From Eledone cirrhosa (lineage: Eukaryota), in assembly GCA_964016885.1 (NCBI GenBank), contig OZ024766.1, forward strand, positions 15,624,001 through 15,688,000: a stretch of 64,000 nt of DNA. The letters run 5' to 3'. A program made the translations under genes and the position numbers. Shown one piece after another: positions 25,989 to 38,116 of the stretch. The notes beneath the pieces are model-generated. The model was not told the origin of the DNA. It did not search any database and saw only the letters and a program-made list of their open reading frames with translations. The stretch's first letter is position 1. Each line of letters opens with the position of its first letter.

Positions 25989-27799
25989 TCAAGCATCAGT
26001 GAGGGCAAGTGTCCCATTATCATCCTAGACACACTTTACCCCAACATCACAATTTTCCCTCACACACTGCCTCACAATCCTGAACATCTCATGTATTTCA
26101 TCCTCACATCATAAAACCAGCTGAAATTATATATTCTCTGCTTCCCTCCTTGCAAAGAATACTTCTTGCCTAGCTTCCTGGTAGTGTACCCTCCAGCTTC
26201 CCCCATTCTGCCATTATTCCATGCCTGTCTCTTGGCCTTAACTGTCTCATCTACCCTAGTGTTTCACCACCAAGTTACTCTCCTTCTCTCTGAAGCCCTG
26301 CTCCAGCCACAGATCTAGTTTGAAACCTTCAGCAAAGTTTCTTTCAGGAACTCCCACTGTTCCCCTATATTGTATGTTTCTATTTGTTCTTCCTTACTGT
26401 TGTACAGATCAAACAAAATATCTCTAAATTTAGAAGAGACTGACTAATACATAGTTACAATTTCAAGTAAATCGGTCTGACGTAACGCCTCAAAAAACCC
26501 CTAAAACCTGAAAAAATTCAGTTTTTCACGTAATGCGGGCCTTAGGGGATCAAAAATTTGAATTTTACACATGTAAAGTTTGAAAAAAGTCGTTGGGTAC
26601 TTCTCGTGGGATTTTTACTCTGAGTGCTAGAGCAGACACTGAACATATATCCAGATGTGCACACATCTATATAAGAACACATATATAAATATACACATAT
26701 GTACACACAGATACACATATTTATACACACGTAATTATACATACTCACATATATATATACATATACACAAATGAAGATACAATCATTTTTCGCATGTGGA
26801 ACGTACTTCATCTTTATACTGCATATGTGTGTGTGTATATCCTAAACGGACAGTAGTCCGTTTAGTAATATTGTTGTGGTCGTGTTTTCGTTGGCAATCG
26901 TCTGTTTACGACAGTACAGCGCGGCTCTACTTTATTTAACTGAGATAAAACTTATATGAGCATGAACAGTAGATCATTACGCATCTTTTGGCTTAAAAAT
27001 CTAGAAATTTGGTCCAGCGGGAAAAAGTTTATAATCAAAGTTTGCTGATAAATCTTGTGTTCAAGTGAGTGAGTAGTAAGCGTGACGCTAGGGGAGGTAA
27101 TTACGATGTAATTACAAGGGGAGGTAATCTAATATATTTCAAATTGTATTTTTAACTAAATTCATTTATCATAGTCTAATATTTTAAAAATAGGTGAGTG
27201 CTCCACGATGATGACCCATGTCCCCGCCATGTGGAGGGGATGCTTAGGAGCCATCCAGATATCATGTGACCATTTTTTGTTCGCGGTGTCCACATGATAT
27301 CTGGATGGCCCTTTATACTAATTAGTCATTTATCTGCATAAAAATTATACCAGATCATTCTGATTATTGGCTTGAAATCTTTTACAAAATTAGTATGAGC
27401 AACTAAGAGGTCATCAATAGAAATAGAATTACTTTTTGAAGTTTTCATGCACAGCATTTTTGGGGATTTTAAATAAAAGTTAATATCATAATTCTTATTT
27501 TGTATACCCACATTGCAGATACAGAGAAACATGACAATCCTATATAAAGGTCGTAGACAGCAGTATCAGTTGTTATCCGTAACACCATTGAAATGCACAA
27601 GTTTCACCAATTCACTATTATGCACTAATCATCTCAAATGCATTCATGATTTACTAGCTTTGTCATTAAGCCAGTTGCCTCAACTAGATTGCAATTATAC
27701 TCAAAAGAACTTTAAAATGTCAATCACTTGTCAGTAATTCACTATGATCTTTTAATTATTAGATAGTTGTTGCTTGCATTGCCTTAAAAAATAGTAGAC

Positions 27800-28856
27800 C
27801 AGATAGAAAAATGCGTACAGCAAAAAAAAGTAATATTGTTGGAATATAAACCTTTAAAAATACAGGACAAGAAACTAAAATAAAACTTTAAAAGAATAGG
27901 ACAAGAAAGTAAGATAAAACTTTAAAGAATTGGACAAGAAATAAAAAATTTGACAATAATATTAGTGGCAAAATTTTTTTATTCGTTTCCTGTGCTATGC
28001 CCCAGTATCTTCTTGATTAGTGCATAATAATTGTCATGCTCTCATTGTGCGTTGCCCCTGAGCGGTTGGTTCTGGTTGGAGTTGGTTGGCTGAGCAGTTC
28101 TGCTCCGTCAGAATGACCAGTGCAAGAAGAATTGGCCGATGCAGCTGCAGGTCTCCTCCAAGAATGCACTTCTGGTCCCGCAACACCAGACGAAGATGGA
28201 GAAGATGACCGGGACAAGATGTCGACTCTGACCACCGACTACGGCACCTCCCTCAACCACCGATCCTCCCTCCCTCTGTCCCGTCATCCCTCCAGTCCTC
28301 CTGCTCCCCCTTCCTGTACCAGAAAGCTGTGGCACGCATTCATCTGGACTGCCGGACTTGAACTCAAGGACAAGATGCAAGGAGAAGATGGACGGGTTGG
28401 TCAAGATCAAGGATGAGCGGGACGACAAGACCGGCCGCTGCTGCTCAAGATCTGTGCTCATGGGTCCATGGGTCCATTCACATTATGCATGACACATGAG
28501 GCGTGTCCCCGAATGATGAAATAGGGGTATGATTATGGCCCAATTGGTGTTCAAACCAGGATCAAATGATCCCCCCGGTCTGACGACGACCTCTGAATGT
28601 GGAACCCAGAGCCTATGAATGTGGAACTCGATTTTTTACCAATAAAAATTTTGCCACTAATATTATTGTAAAATTTTTTATTTCTTGTCCAATTCTTTAA
28701 AGTTTTATCTTAGTTTCTTGTCCTATTCTTTTAAAGTTTTATTTTAGTTTCTTGTCCTATTCTTTTAAAGTTTTATTTTAGTTTCTTGTCCTGTATTTTT
28801 AAAGGTTTATATTCCAACAATATTACTTTTTTTTGCTGTACGCATTTTTCTATCTG
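27800..28856. mobile_element. Foldback-like element: ~185-215-bp inverted repeats with internal 33-34-bp subrepeats around a GC-richer core
   Basis: 27800-27983 is the reverse complement of 28641-28856, with 3 vs 4 ggacaagaaa subunits. No TSD seen. Confidence 0.65.
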
Positions 28857-29071
28857 TGTGTATATCTATGAGTGTATGTATGTACGTATTTGTATGAGTG
28901 GCCGTATGTATGCGTATGTTTGTGTGTACGTGCGTTTATATGTATGTGTATACGCATGTATATGCGTATGTGTGTATATATATATATGGATGTGTGTGTG
29001 TATGTGTGTTTCTGTAATATGTATTTATATATATATATATATATGTGTGTGTGTGAGTATATATATATAAG

Positions 29072-29114
<43 letters not shown>

Positions 29115-29164
29115 TAGTTACTGAGATTAAAGACAAAATCAGAGCCTCTGTCGTTTTAACTGAT

Positions 29165-29199
<35 letters not shown>

Positions 29200-29279
29200 A
29201 GTTGACGGTTGAGAGAAGAGTACTCAATACCGAAGTAATCTTGTAAGGAGGCTTGCAGAATGGTGAGTCCGCCATTCTG

Positions 29280-29565
29280 GATGCTGCTGCCTTGTAGAAG
29301 TCCCAATTCGAACCTCTGACACTCTTGTCCCCATCATTCAGCAGGGATTTTGCCAGGCAGCCGCATCATCTCCGATGGTTGGGCTTCCTATTTGGAAATT
29401 GAGGAAATTGAAGGTGGGATTTACGTTCATGATGTTGTGGTGCACGAATGGAACTTTGTAGATCCTGCGGACCCTGATGTGCACACACAGCTCATAGAGA
29501 ACACATGGAGCCGTGCAAAGAAGAAGCTTCGTCGCCAGCATGTTTCCTTTAAACACAAAATGTAG
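29280..29565 (+). pseudogene. Merlin / IS1595 (ISXO2-like) DDE transposase fragment
   Basis: LPGSRIISDGWASY...VVHEWNFVDP...VHTQLIENTWSRAKKKLRR matches the family motifs SD.W.(A/S)Y, NH...FVDP and HTQ.IE..W. Confidence 0.8.
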
Positions 29566-29678
29566 ACACGACGTTCGAAAATGAAAATAAATTTACTTTC
29601 ATTATTGCGACCGCTAAAAGTCATGTATGCCATATAAATATATATGTATATATAAATATATATATTTCCGTATGTATA

Positions 29679-29721
29679 TACTAGACTACTCGTGACCCGT
29701 TGGGTCACGAGTAGTCTAGTA
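29679..29721. repeat. Perfect 20-bp-arm hairpin
   Basis: tactagactactcgtgaccc-gtt-gggtcacgagtagtctagta. Confidence 0.9.
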
Positions 29722-30098
29722 CAGGTAATCAAAGTGTGTATACATTTTTCCGGGACACCATATATATATATATATATATATATATACCGGTGTCCCTAAA
29801 AATGTATACACCATTTTAATATATATATTGGTTGTACAGGTAATCAAAGTGTGTCTACATTTTTCCGGGACACCATATATATATATATATATATATATAT
29901 ACCGGGGTCCCTAAAAATGTATACACCATTCTAATATATATATTGCCTGTACAGGTAATCAAAGTGTGTATACATTTTTCGGGGACACTATATATATAAT
30001 AATACCGGAGTCCCTAAAAATGTATACACCATCCTAACAAATAATGCATGTATAGGCAATCAAAGTGGGTATACATTTTTTTGGGGGGACAACCTGTA
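29720..30098. repeat. Tandem array of a ~85-bp Tc1-like MITE separated by (TA)n
   Basis: The unit ccggtgtccctaaaaatgtatacac...gtgtatacatttttccgggacacc (self-inverted ends) is repeated ~3.5 times. Confidence 0.75.
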
Positions 30099-30180
30099 TA
30101 TACACAAATATGAACATATATATATAGAGAGAAAGTGTGTGCAAGCAAGCAAGCAACCAATCAAGATCAGAGTTTTAGTA

Positions 30181-30248
<68 letters not shown>

Positions 30249-30437
30249 TATAACAATATAATGTTAAAAGTAATCAGATAAGAGCCTACGAAAACGTCTC
30301 ATGGACAGTTTAAGCACACGGTAGTATGGGACTCAACAAGATGTTTACTTCGGGGACAATTGTGCTTGTATTCCTATGTAAATATATCTTGGAGTAATAA
30401 AAAGGTTAAGAAAAACAATCAAGGGTTTTTAATTATA

Positions 30438-30540
30438 GTCTTACAATTGTTTCCATGTTGGAATTGTCTATAAATTACTAATACTGGAGAAGTATAAATC
30501 AACTTACAATACATTTAAATCAAACCATTTCATCAGAAAC
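30438..30540 (-). ncRNA. Type I hammerhead ribozyme motif with long stem-II insert
   Basis: Minus strand: GUUU CUGAUGA ...~75 nt... GAAA CAAUUG UA AGAC. Stem III is palindromic (ACAAUUGU) and stem I is GUUU/AGAC. Confidence 0.6.
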
Positions 30541-32195
30541 TCTTAATAAATATAAAATATATGCGTAACGGTAAACTTAAAAAATTCAAACTGCTCCCTC
30601 AATACTATTGTTAATGATAAATAGAGGAAGGGAGACATTTGGACATGAGAGAGAAAGAAGGGGCTAAGATATAGTTAAAAGTATAACCTGTAACGGAATA
30701 TTATGTGTGGTTGTAACGATAAGTGGATGGATGTAACTGTTGGTATGGTGGTTTCGATGTAAAGAAAAATACCAGGATTGTGTTGTTACAAAGTTTATTT
30801 CATTATAACAATATTCAATTTGAATATTGAATGATAAAATCAATAACACAAAATATTCATACAATAATTTGGTGGCTCTTCGAGCCACGTAAATTCAAGT
30901 ATCACAGAATACAATTATAATATAATTTGTACTGTATCAGAAAGGTACAATATGTGTAAACAGAAATGGTGCGTGTAAAATTACTGAACTCATTATGAAT
31001 GCGTGTGTGCGTATCAGTATATTTACTTGTTTGTATTGCAGGAGTCAGCGATCAGCCAGGAAGGTGAGAATAAATGGCAGACTGGTTTGTCGTGACGAGA
31101 GCTTGTAAAACGTCTTGTCTTGTCTGTATCTCACTTCTTTTCTATTTTTGGCGTAAACAATCCCTGTCTTTATAAGAGTTGAAGTTAGAAGGATAGATAT
31201 ATCCTCTGAACTTTGGTTAGTCTCCCAAGGGATTAGTTTGCTAAGCGTAAACAAGTCAGAAAGATGGATATATCCTCTGACCTATTTTCTGTCAGGCGTA
31301 AACACCTCTGACCTGTGTTTAGCCTCTCCCAAGGCTTGTCCCAGAGGCGGGAAAACTCAGATTCGTGTTCGAATCTTCGCCGCCGTTATATATATATATA
31401 TTATTCAAAACGAAGAATATAGTTACGTATGTATAATTGTGTGTCTGTATATACATACGTAACTATAAATATATATATTATATATTATATATATACGTAA
31501 CTATATATATATATATTATATATATATTATATATATACGTAACTATATAACCCGGGAAATCTACTGACGCATGCTCCCTCAGAGACTGCCCGATACGCCA
31601 TGCGAACTGTTGCCTACGCACATACGTCGTGTATAAGATAGAATGTGACAGGTGCAACCAATACTACATAGGTAGCACAATCCGACCTTTGCACATCCGG
31701 ATCAAGGAACACACTAAAACCAGGGCCTCGTCTTTCCGGAAACACATAGACAAATGCGGAAACAAAGACAGAAGGCCCATTGTCACAATTCTAGCGACTG
31801 AAAGAGACGTCGGCACGTTACGTATCAAGGAAGCGCTTTTTATCAAACGCCTGCAACCACAAATAAACAACCGATCAGAGAGAAGCGAAATGAGATGGCT
31901 GGTTTAAGCTAACAAACGATGCAGCAACACACGCACACACACACACACAAACGAGACAACTACACACACACACGCACACACACACACACACAGTAACATT
32001 TAACAAACAGGCAGAGAATGGACTGACAGCTAGCGCCACTCCACTCCCTCATTCGGCCGCTGACCTCTGCCCGACCGACCCCATTTTACGCGCACGCGCG
32101 CTCTGCCGAATACCTCAGATATTCAAAACAACAAACAGCGGAGGACGCGTTTCGCACCTGTCCTACAGACAACCTTTCCCCCACCCCGGAAAAAC

Positions 32196-32231
32196 CCCCA
32201 GTTGATGGATGTGAATCCGAAATATATAGGG
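32196..32231 (+). ncRNA. Core-variant minimal hammerhead motif (copy 1)
   Basis: CCC CAGUUGA U GGAU-GUGA-AUCC GAAA UAUA UA GGG in the pseudo-LTR. Confidence 0.65.
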
Positions 32232-32455
32232 ACAATTAAATCTCTCCCAAGGTAAGTCTCTCTCGTGTTGTTATTTTTATTTTATCCTTTATACTCTTTC
32301 CTTCATTCTTCTACACATCTCATACACACCACGCATCTCAACGTACACCCACTTACATCTCTCTCTCCACCACCGGATCTTGTTACCCGGAGATTTACCC
32401 ATTTGCATTGTCGAGGCTTCCAAACGACTTAAAGATATTTACTTATTATTCCACA

Positions 32456-35076
32456 ATGCTTCAAGCAAACTTCAATACTCTCTTATCCTTACACCTGAGC
32501 CAGGAATTGTTTGCATCCGTAAGGGAACTGTTTAGACTGTCGGAGAAATGGGCCAATGCTGGCTGTCAAATTATTTTCCTGAAACGCTGCCTAAAAAACG
32601 ATGTCATCCCCAACACCATCAGGAACATCCGCTTACCAGTAAGCCTACGTACACCAGCCTTCCAAAACACCACTAACCGCATACATCGCACGTGTATTAA
32701 ACAGATCCTGAGACATCTCAACCGCTAATTACACATCCATAAGCGGACACTCTCAGAGCGGACACATCGACTGCCAATAGCACCCGGGGAATTGCTCCTG
32801 AAAATCACTAAAGCAATTGACCAGTGCTACCACTCCAGAGTCCAATACCAGAAAAAACGGCTCAAGCGAAAATATGAGTGGATCTTGTCGAAACGCCACA
32901 ACGAGAACATCGACACTAACGAACAGACGGACCAGAACCACGTAGGAAACAACACCTTAACAACCGCCACCGCCGCATCCACCAACACTGAGCCATACCT
33001 CAACGATGCGACGCACCTGGTCACCGACCTAACCGGCACTCTCACGAGCGACGAGCTGAAACTCCTACACCTCGGACCCAAGTTCATCGTCTCACAACGT
33101 CTCGACGACAGACTCAAACTCAACATCGAGGCCAACTTTTGTCGAACCGCTTACCAACTTAAATGGGTGACCGCCATCAACAGCGCCACAGAAAATAACA
33201 GCGCCCACGCAACCCACCCCAAGTTCCCCACTTACCACCCCGACAACCCACTCCACCCCCCACCCACCAAACACGAACTCGACACTAAACTCATCAGGCT
33301 AAAACACTCCATCTCGGATATACTTCACAAACACACACACGCACAACACATAACCTCACCAAATCTCAACTCACCACTCTCTCCAACCTAAAATCGAAGA
33401 ACCTCATCTATCTCACCTCCGACAATGGAAAAGAATTCTGCGTCATCAGCAGAGAGGCCTACAACACCCTGGCCTTCCAACACCTTGACGATGACAACCT
33501 CTACTCCAAGGTCACGGGAATCACTCCCGCGCAGATAGAAGAGCACATCAACGCCACCTGGACCAACATCTGCGACCGGCGGAAGCTCCCGAAGAAGCTG
33601 AGATACAACCTCCTCACGAGGAACAGCAGACTACCCGCCTTCTACCACCTCGTGAAAACACACAAACAGGGACCCGACCTGAAGATCAGGCCCATCGTAT
33701 CGAGCGTGGAGGGACCACTCTACAAAATTTCATGGCTCCTAGCCAGAACACTCAAACCCATCTTAGACACCTTGCCGGGACACGTTAACAGCTCCGAGGA
33801 GGTGTTGAAGCGCCTGCATCAAATGGATCCCGACACCAGAAGGAATAACAGATATGCCTTCAGCCTTGATGTAGTCGCTCTCTACACCTCGGTCCCGGCA
33901 CTCCCGGCCGTCAATATACTGATGGAACGTGTCCAATCCACCGACCTACACTGCTTCGGGCTCACCACCACTGACATCCACCAACTCGTATCCATCGTCG
34001 TCGACAACACCTACTTCGGATTCCTTGACCAAACATACCAACAAACCTCGGGATTGCCCATGGGATCAAGCCTATCAGGTGTGCTAGCGATCTCTTACAT
34101 GGACAACCTCAAACGCAAGGCACTCAACGCCTGCCACCCCAACGCCGTAACCTTTTTCTCAAGATACGTGGACGATATCCTCATCCTCACATCCTCCCAA
34201 GACACGGCGAACAGAATCTATGAGACGTTCAACAACACGGACGAGAACATTGACTTCAGTGTTGAACACCCCAACGAAGACGGGTCACTTACCCTCCTCG
34301 ACTTCCGAATCAACATCACGGAACAGGGAAGGATCCACTGCAACTTCTACCGAAAGGCAGCCTGCAGGGACCTGTTCGTTCACTACAAGTCCGCCCTCCC
34401 TAACAGTGCCAAAAGAGGATACATCACGAACGAGATCGCGCGAATCAAAAACAGATGCAGCGATCCCGCGAGTGGTGTCACTCATACCAAGCGATTCCTC
34501 GAGGTGCTGGAGACGAACGGGTACCCTACCTCGATCACAGGCAGAATAGGAGACACCAGACGCAAGAGACAGAGAGGCACCCAAGGCAAGTGTTTCCTTA
34601 AAATGCCACACCTGGGCGAGAATACCACCAACGCTATCCGCAAGGCTATACGGAGGGAGGTCCTCGACATCCACCTGGCCCACTCGGGCCCCTCCCTGCG
34701 AAGATGCCTCTCCAGGAAACCCAGGAAATCTACTGACGCATGCTCCCTCAGAGACTGCCCGATACGCCATGCGAACTGTTGCCTGCGCACATACGTCGTG
34801 TATAAGATAGAATGTAACAGGTGCAACCAATACTACATAGGTAGCACAATCCGACCTTTGCACATCCGGATCAAGGAACACACTAAAACCAGGGCCTCGT
34901 CTTTCCGGAAACACATAGACAAATGCGGAAACAAAGACGGAAGGCCCATTGTCACAATTCTAGCGACTGAAAGAAACGTCGGCACGTTACGTATCAAGGA
35001 AGCGCTTTTTATCAAACGCCTGCAACCGCAAATAAACAACCGATCAGAGAGAAGTGAAATGAGATGGCTGGTTTAA
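32456..35076 (+). pseudogene. Penelope RT + GIY-YIG endonuclease ORF with one stop (32726) and one frameshift (~33330-33345)
   Basis: LGPKF, NLTKSQ, SDNGKEF, IRPIVS, SLDVVALYTSVP, GLPMGSSLS, RYVDD, VVYKIEC..C.QYYIGST.RPL..RIKEH and EALFIK..QPQIN. Confidence 0.92.
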
Positions 35077-35468
35077 GCTAACAAACGATGCAGCAACACA
35101 CGCACACACACACAAACGAGACAACTACACACACACACGCACACAGACACAGTAGCATTCCACCATACGAACATACTACACTGCCAATACAGAGGAACAT
35201 GGCAACAACACACGCACACACACACACACTCAAGCGAGACAACAACACACGCACACACACACACAGTAACATTTAACAAACAGGCAGAGAATGGACTGAC
35301 AGCTGGCGCCACCCCACTCCCTCATTCGGCCGCTGACCTCTGCCCGACCGACCCCATTTCACGCGCACAAGCGCTCTGCCGAATACCTCAGATATTCAAA
35401 ACAACAAACAGCGGAGGACGCGTTTCGCACCTGTCCTACAGACAACCTTTCCCCCACCCCGGAAAAAC

Positions 35469-35504
35469 CCCCAGTTGATGGATGTAAATCCGAAATATAT
35501 AGGG
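35469..35504 (+). ncRNA. Core-variant minimal hammerhead motif (copy 2)
   Basis: CCC CAGUUGA U GGAU-GUAA-AUCC GAAA UAUA UA GGG. Confidence 0.65.
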
Positions 35505-35759
35505 ACTATTAAATCTCTCCCAAGGTAAGTCTCTCTCGTGTTGTTATTTTTATTTTATCCTTTATACTCTTTCCTTCATTCTTCTACACATCTCATACAC
35601 ACCACGCATCTCAACGTACACCCACTTACATCTCTCTCTCCACCACCGGATCTTGTTACCCGGAGATTTACCCATTTGCATTGTCGAGGCTTCCAAACGA
35701 CTTAAAGATATATATATACGTAACTATATATATATTATATATAGGTAACTATATATATA

Positions 35760-35821
<62 letters not shown>

Positions 35822-35984
35822 GTAACTATATATATACGTAACTATATATATAATATATATATTATATATATATATTATATATATGTATTGAAATTTCCGT
35901 TGAAAACAGAAAGGTCATAGAAGTGAAGAGTGCTCTATGTAAGTATCAGAGCAAAATTTAATGTATAAAAATCAATACAATATA

Positions 35985-36056
35985 ATTACCTCATTACCAG
36001 AGGTTTCCCGAATGAGGCGAATACGAAAGAAGCGTCTTCATTCGTTCGTCAGACGA
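35985..36056 (-). ncRNA. Hammerhead-like motif antisense to the downstream Penelope-like ORF
   Basis: Minus strand: CUGACGA a CGAAUGA...UCAUUCG g GAAA CCUC-ugguaau-GAGG UA. Stems II and III pair; stem I is weak. Confidence 0.5.
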
Positions 36057-36489
36057 GGCAATATAAAACATGGGTAAATACTTGGAAAGTCTCGTCAAGA
36101 AAAAAAAAAAAAAGATATAGACAAATGAATTAGAATATGAAATATATAATAATCTTTCAAGAAATATAGTTAGGTGTGTGTATATGTATGTATATACGCT
36201 CACAGATGTGCATATATGTGTATGCACATATGTATACGTATAGTGAAAAAGTGTGCGTAAATATAAAATTTAGGGCAAATGTATCTGTATGTCTGTAATC
36301 TACAGACAGAATAGATACATCATAAGAATATGAATATGAAGGCGCGCGCATAAACACACCTACACACACGTACACTTAGATGCGGAAGTAAAAGAGGTAA
36401 GGGAGTGTAATAATTAAAGGAAAGTATCAATCTCGATATATTTATAAAAATGGAACAATAATTTAGAAAGAAAAAATTTAGAAAGAAAA

Positions 36490-38116
36490 AAAAAACTTGC
36501 TAAACGTTCTGCGTATATCACCCTTAAAGATCATAAACCCGACTTTATTAATCGTCCTAGTTGTAGATTAATCAACCCTGCTAAGACTGATATTGGTCTT
36601 GCCAGCAAAAAAATTTTAAATAAATTAAATACACATATTAGAAGTAAGTCTAAATTACTCCAATGGATAAATAGCTCTTCCGTAGTACATTGGTTTAATA
36701 ATATTAAAAACAAAAATAGTTCTAGATTCACCCAATTTGACATTGTAGATTTCTACCCATCTATCACTCAGACCCTTTTAGCGAAAGCTTTAAATTTCGC
36801 TAGAGAGTTTACTAATATCTCCGATATTGAAGAGAATGTCATCTTGCATGCTAGGAACACTCTACTTTTTAATGATAATGACACCTGGGTAAAAATATCT
36901 AACCCAGAGAACCCATTCGATGTCTCAATGGGCTCTTACGACAGTGCTGATGTTTGTGATCTGGTCGGCCTATACACTTAAAGAAAAATTTCCTAACCAT
37001 ATTTTTGGGCTTTATCGCGACGATGGTCTAATACTTTCCCATACCACCTTAGGCCATAACTTAGATAGATTAAGGAAAGACTTAATAAAAACCTTCGCTA
37101 GTTTTAATCTTAAAATTACTATTGACACTAACCTTTCCAACGTAGATTTCCTAGATATAAACCTAGATTTGCCTACTGCTTCTTATAAACCATACCATAA
37201 ACCTAATGAAAACTTAAAATATATAAATAAAGGATCTTGCCATCCACCTATAGTTTTTAAAAACCTTATCCCTAATATTAGCCGTAGGATCTCCACCCTC
37301 TCTTCCTCAGAAGCTATTTTTAATAAGGCATCCCCCTACTATAATAAAGCCCTCCAAAATAGCGGTTTTAGCGAACCGATTAAATACATACCCAACTCTA
37401 CTAACTCTATTAAACATAAAAACAGGAAAAGAAAAATAATCTGGTTCACACACCCCTACTCTCTAGCAGTTAAAACTAATGTAGGCAAAAAATTCCTTGA
37501 GCTCCTAGATAAACATTTCCCTAGAACACATAGATACTATAAGATCTTTAACAGAAACTGTGTCAAAATTAGCTATTCCTGCGGTCCCCCTATTAAGTCC
37601 TATATCCTCAACAAAATATCACCTAGAGAAAATCAAACTTTCTCCTGTAGAATCAAAAGTGAATGCCCATTACAAGGTAAATGCAACACCAAAGCCATTG
37701 TATATGCGGCTAAAGTGACAACCATCAGCAACAACCATCCAGCCACCAGTGAAGGATATGTGGGTATGACGCAAGACAAATTCAAAACGCGTTATTACTC
37801 ACATGTCGCATCCTTTCGACATCCAGAAAAAAGATTTACAACAGCTCTGGCTAGCAGAATTTGGGATTTGAAAGACCAAGGCATCCAATATAAATTAGAT
37901 TGGTCAATTTTGAACCAATCTAAAGAATATGCTAGAGGAACAAGAAAATGCACGCTCTGCATAAATGAAAAATATTGGATACTGCAAAATCTAAAATCAC
38001 CAAAGACCTGCCTGAACACAAAGATGGAAATTTTCACCAGTTGCCCACACATGAAATCACACCTGCTTTCTAGCTCATATAAACTTAACACACTTTCAGA
38101 TACTTATCCTCCATAA
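36490..38116 (+). pseudogene. 5'-truncated Penelope-like element, Naiad-type RT + GIY-YIG, frameshift near 36975
   Basis: Upstream frame: ITLKDHKPDF..CRLINPAK..FDIVDFYPSI..MGSYDSADVCDLVGLY. Downstream frame: YRDDGL, CPLQGKC..IVY.A..YVG.T..FKTRY..H, CTLC..EK, LN..E....C.H. Confidence 0.85.

Larger units (their letters stand above)
23505..26420 (-). mobile_element. Heavily decayed RTE LINE
   Basis: WFGHV..GRPRKVWDEII, GFVPGKSTTD and KGKGDVLELENYR fragments, a (TCA)n tail at ~23505, and colinearity with 7680-13395. Confidence 0.85.
31551..35709 (+). mobile_element. Penelope-like element in partial-tandem arrangement (upstream 3' fragment + pseudo-LTR, full ORF, downstream pseudo-LTR)
   Basis: 31551-32437 duplicates 34720-35709, with an RT + GIY-YIG ORF between them. 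Flanked by the (TA)n/cgtaacta minisatellite on both sides. Confidence 0.93.

Noticed and set aside
28786-29136. YIYI/CVCV-rich ORFs (also ~18019, 23335, 35073-35920, 38328-38763)
   Set aside because: They are translations of (TA)n/(TG)n microsatellites.
33325-33391. Programmed frameshift in the Penelope ORF
   Set aside because: The shift lies in a (CA)n run and the copy also has a premature stop, so slippage decay or sequencing error is simpler.
34220-35039. Overlapping and antisense ORFs within the Penelope RT
   Set aside because: Expected in GC-richer coding sequence; no recognisable motifs.
36920-38116. Selenocysteine-recoding Naiad ORF
   Set aside because: Some Naiads use in-frame UGA at Cys positions, but here the visible C-terminal Cys codons are TGT/TGC and the ORF ends at TAA.
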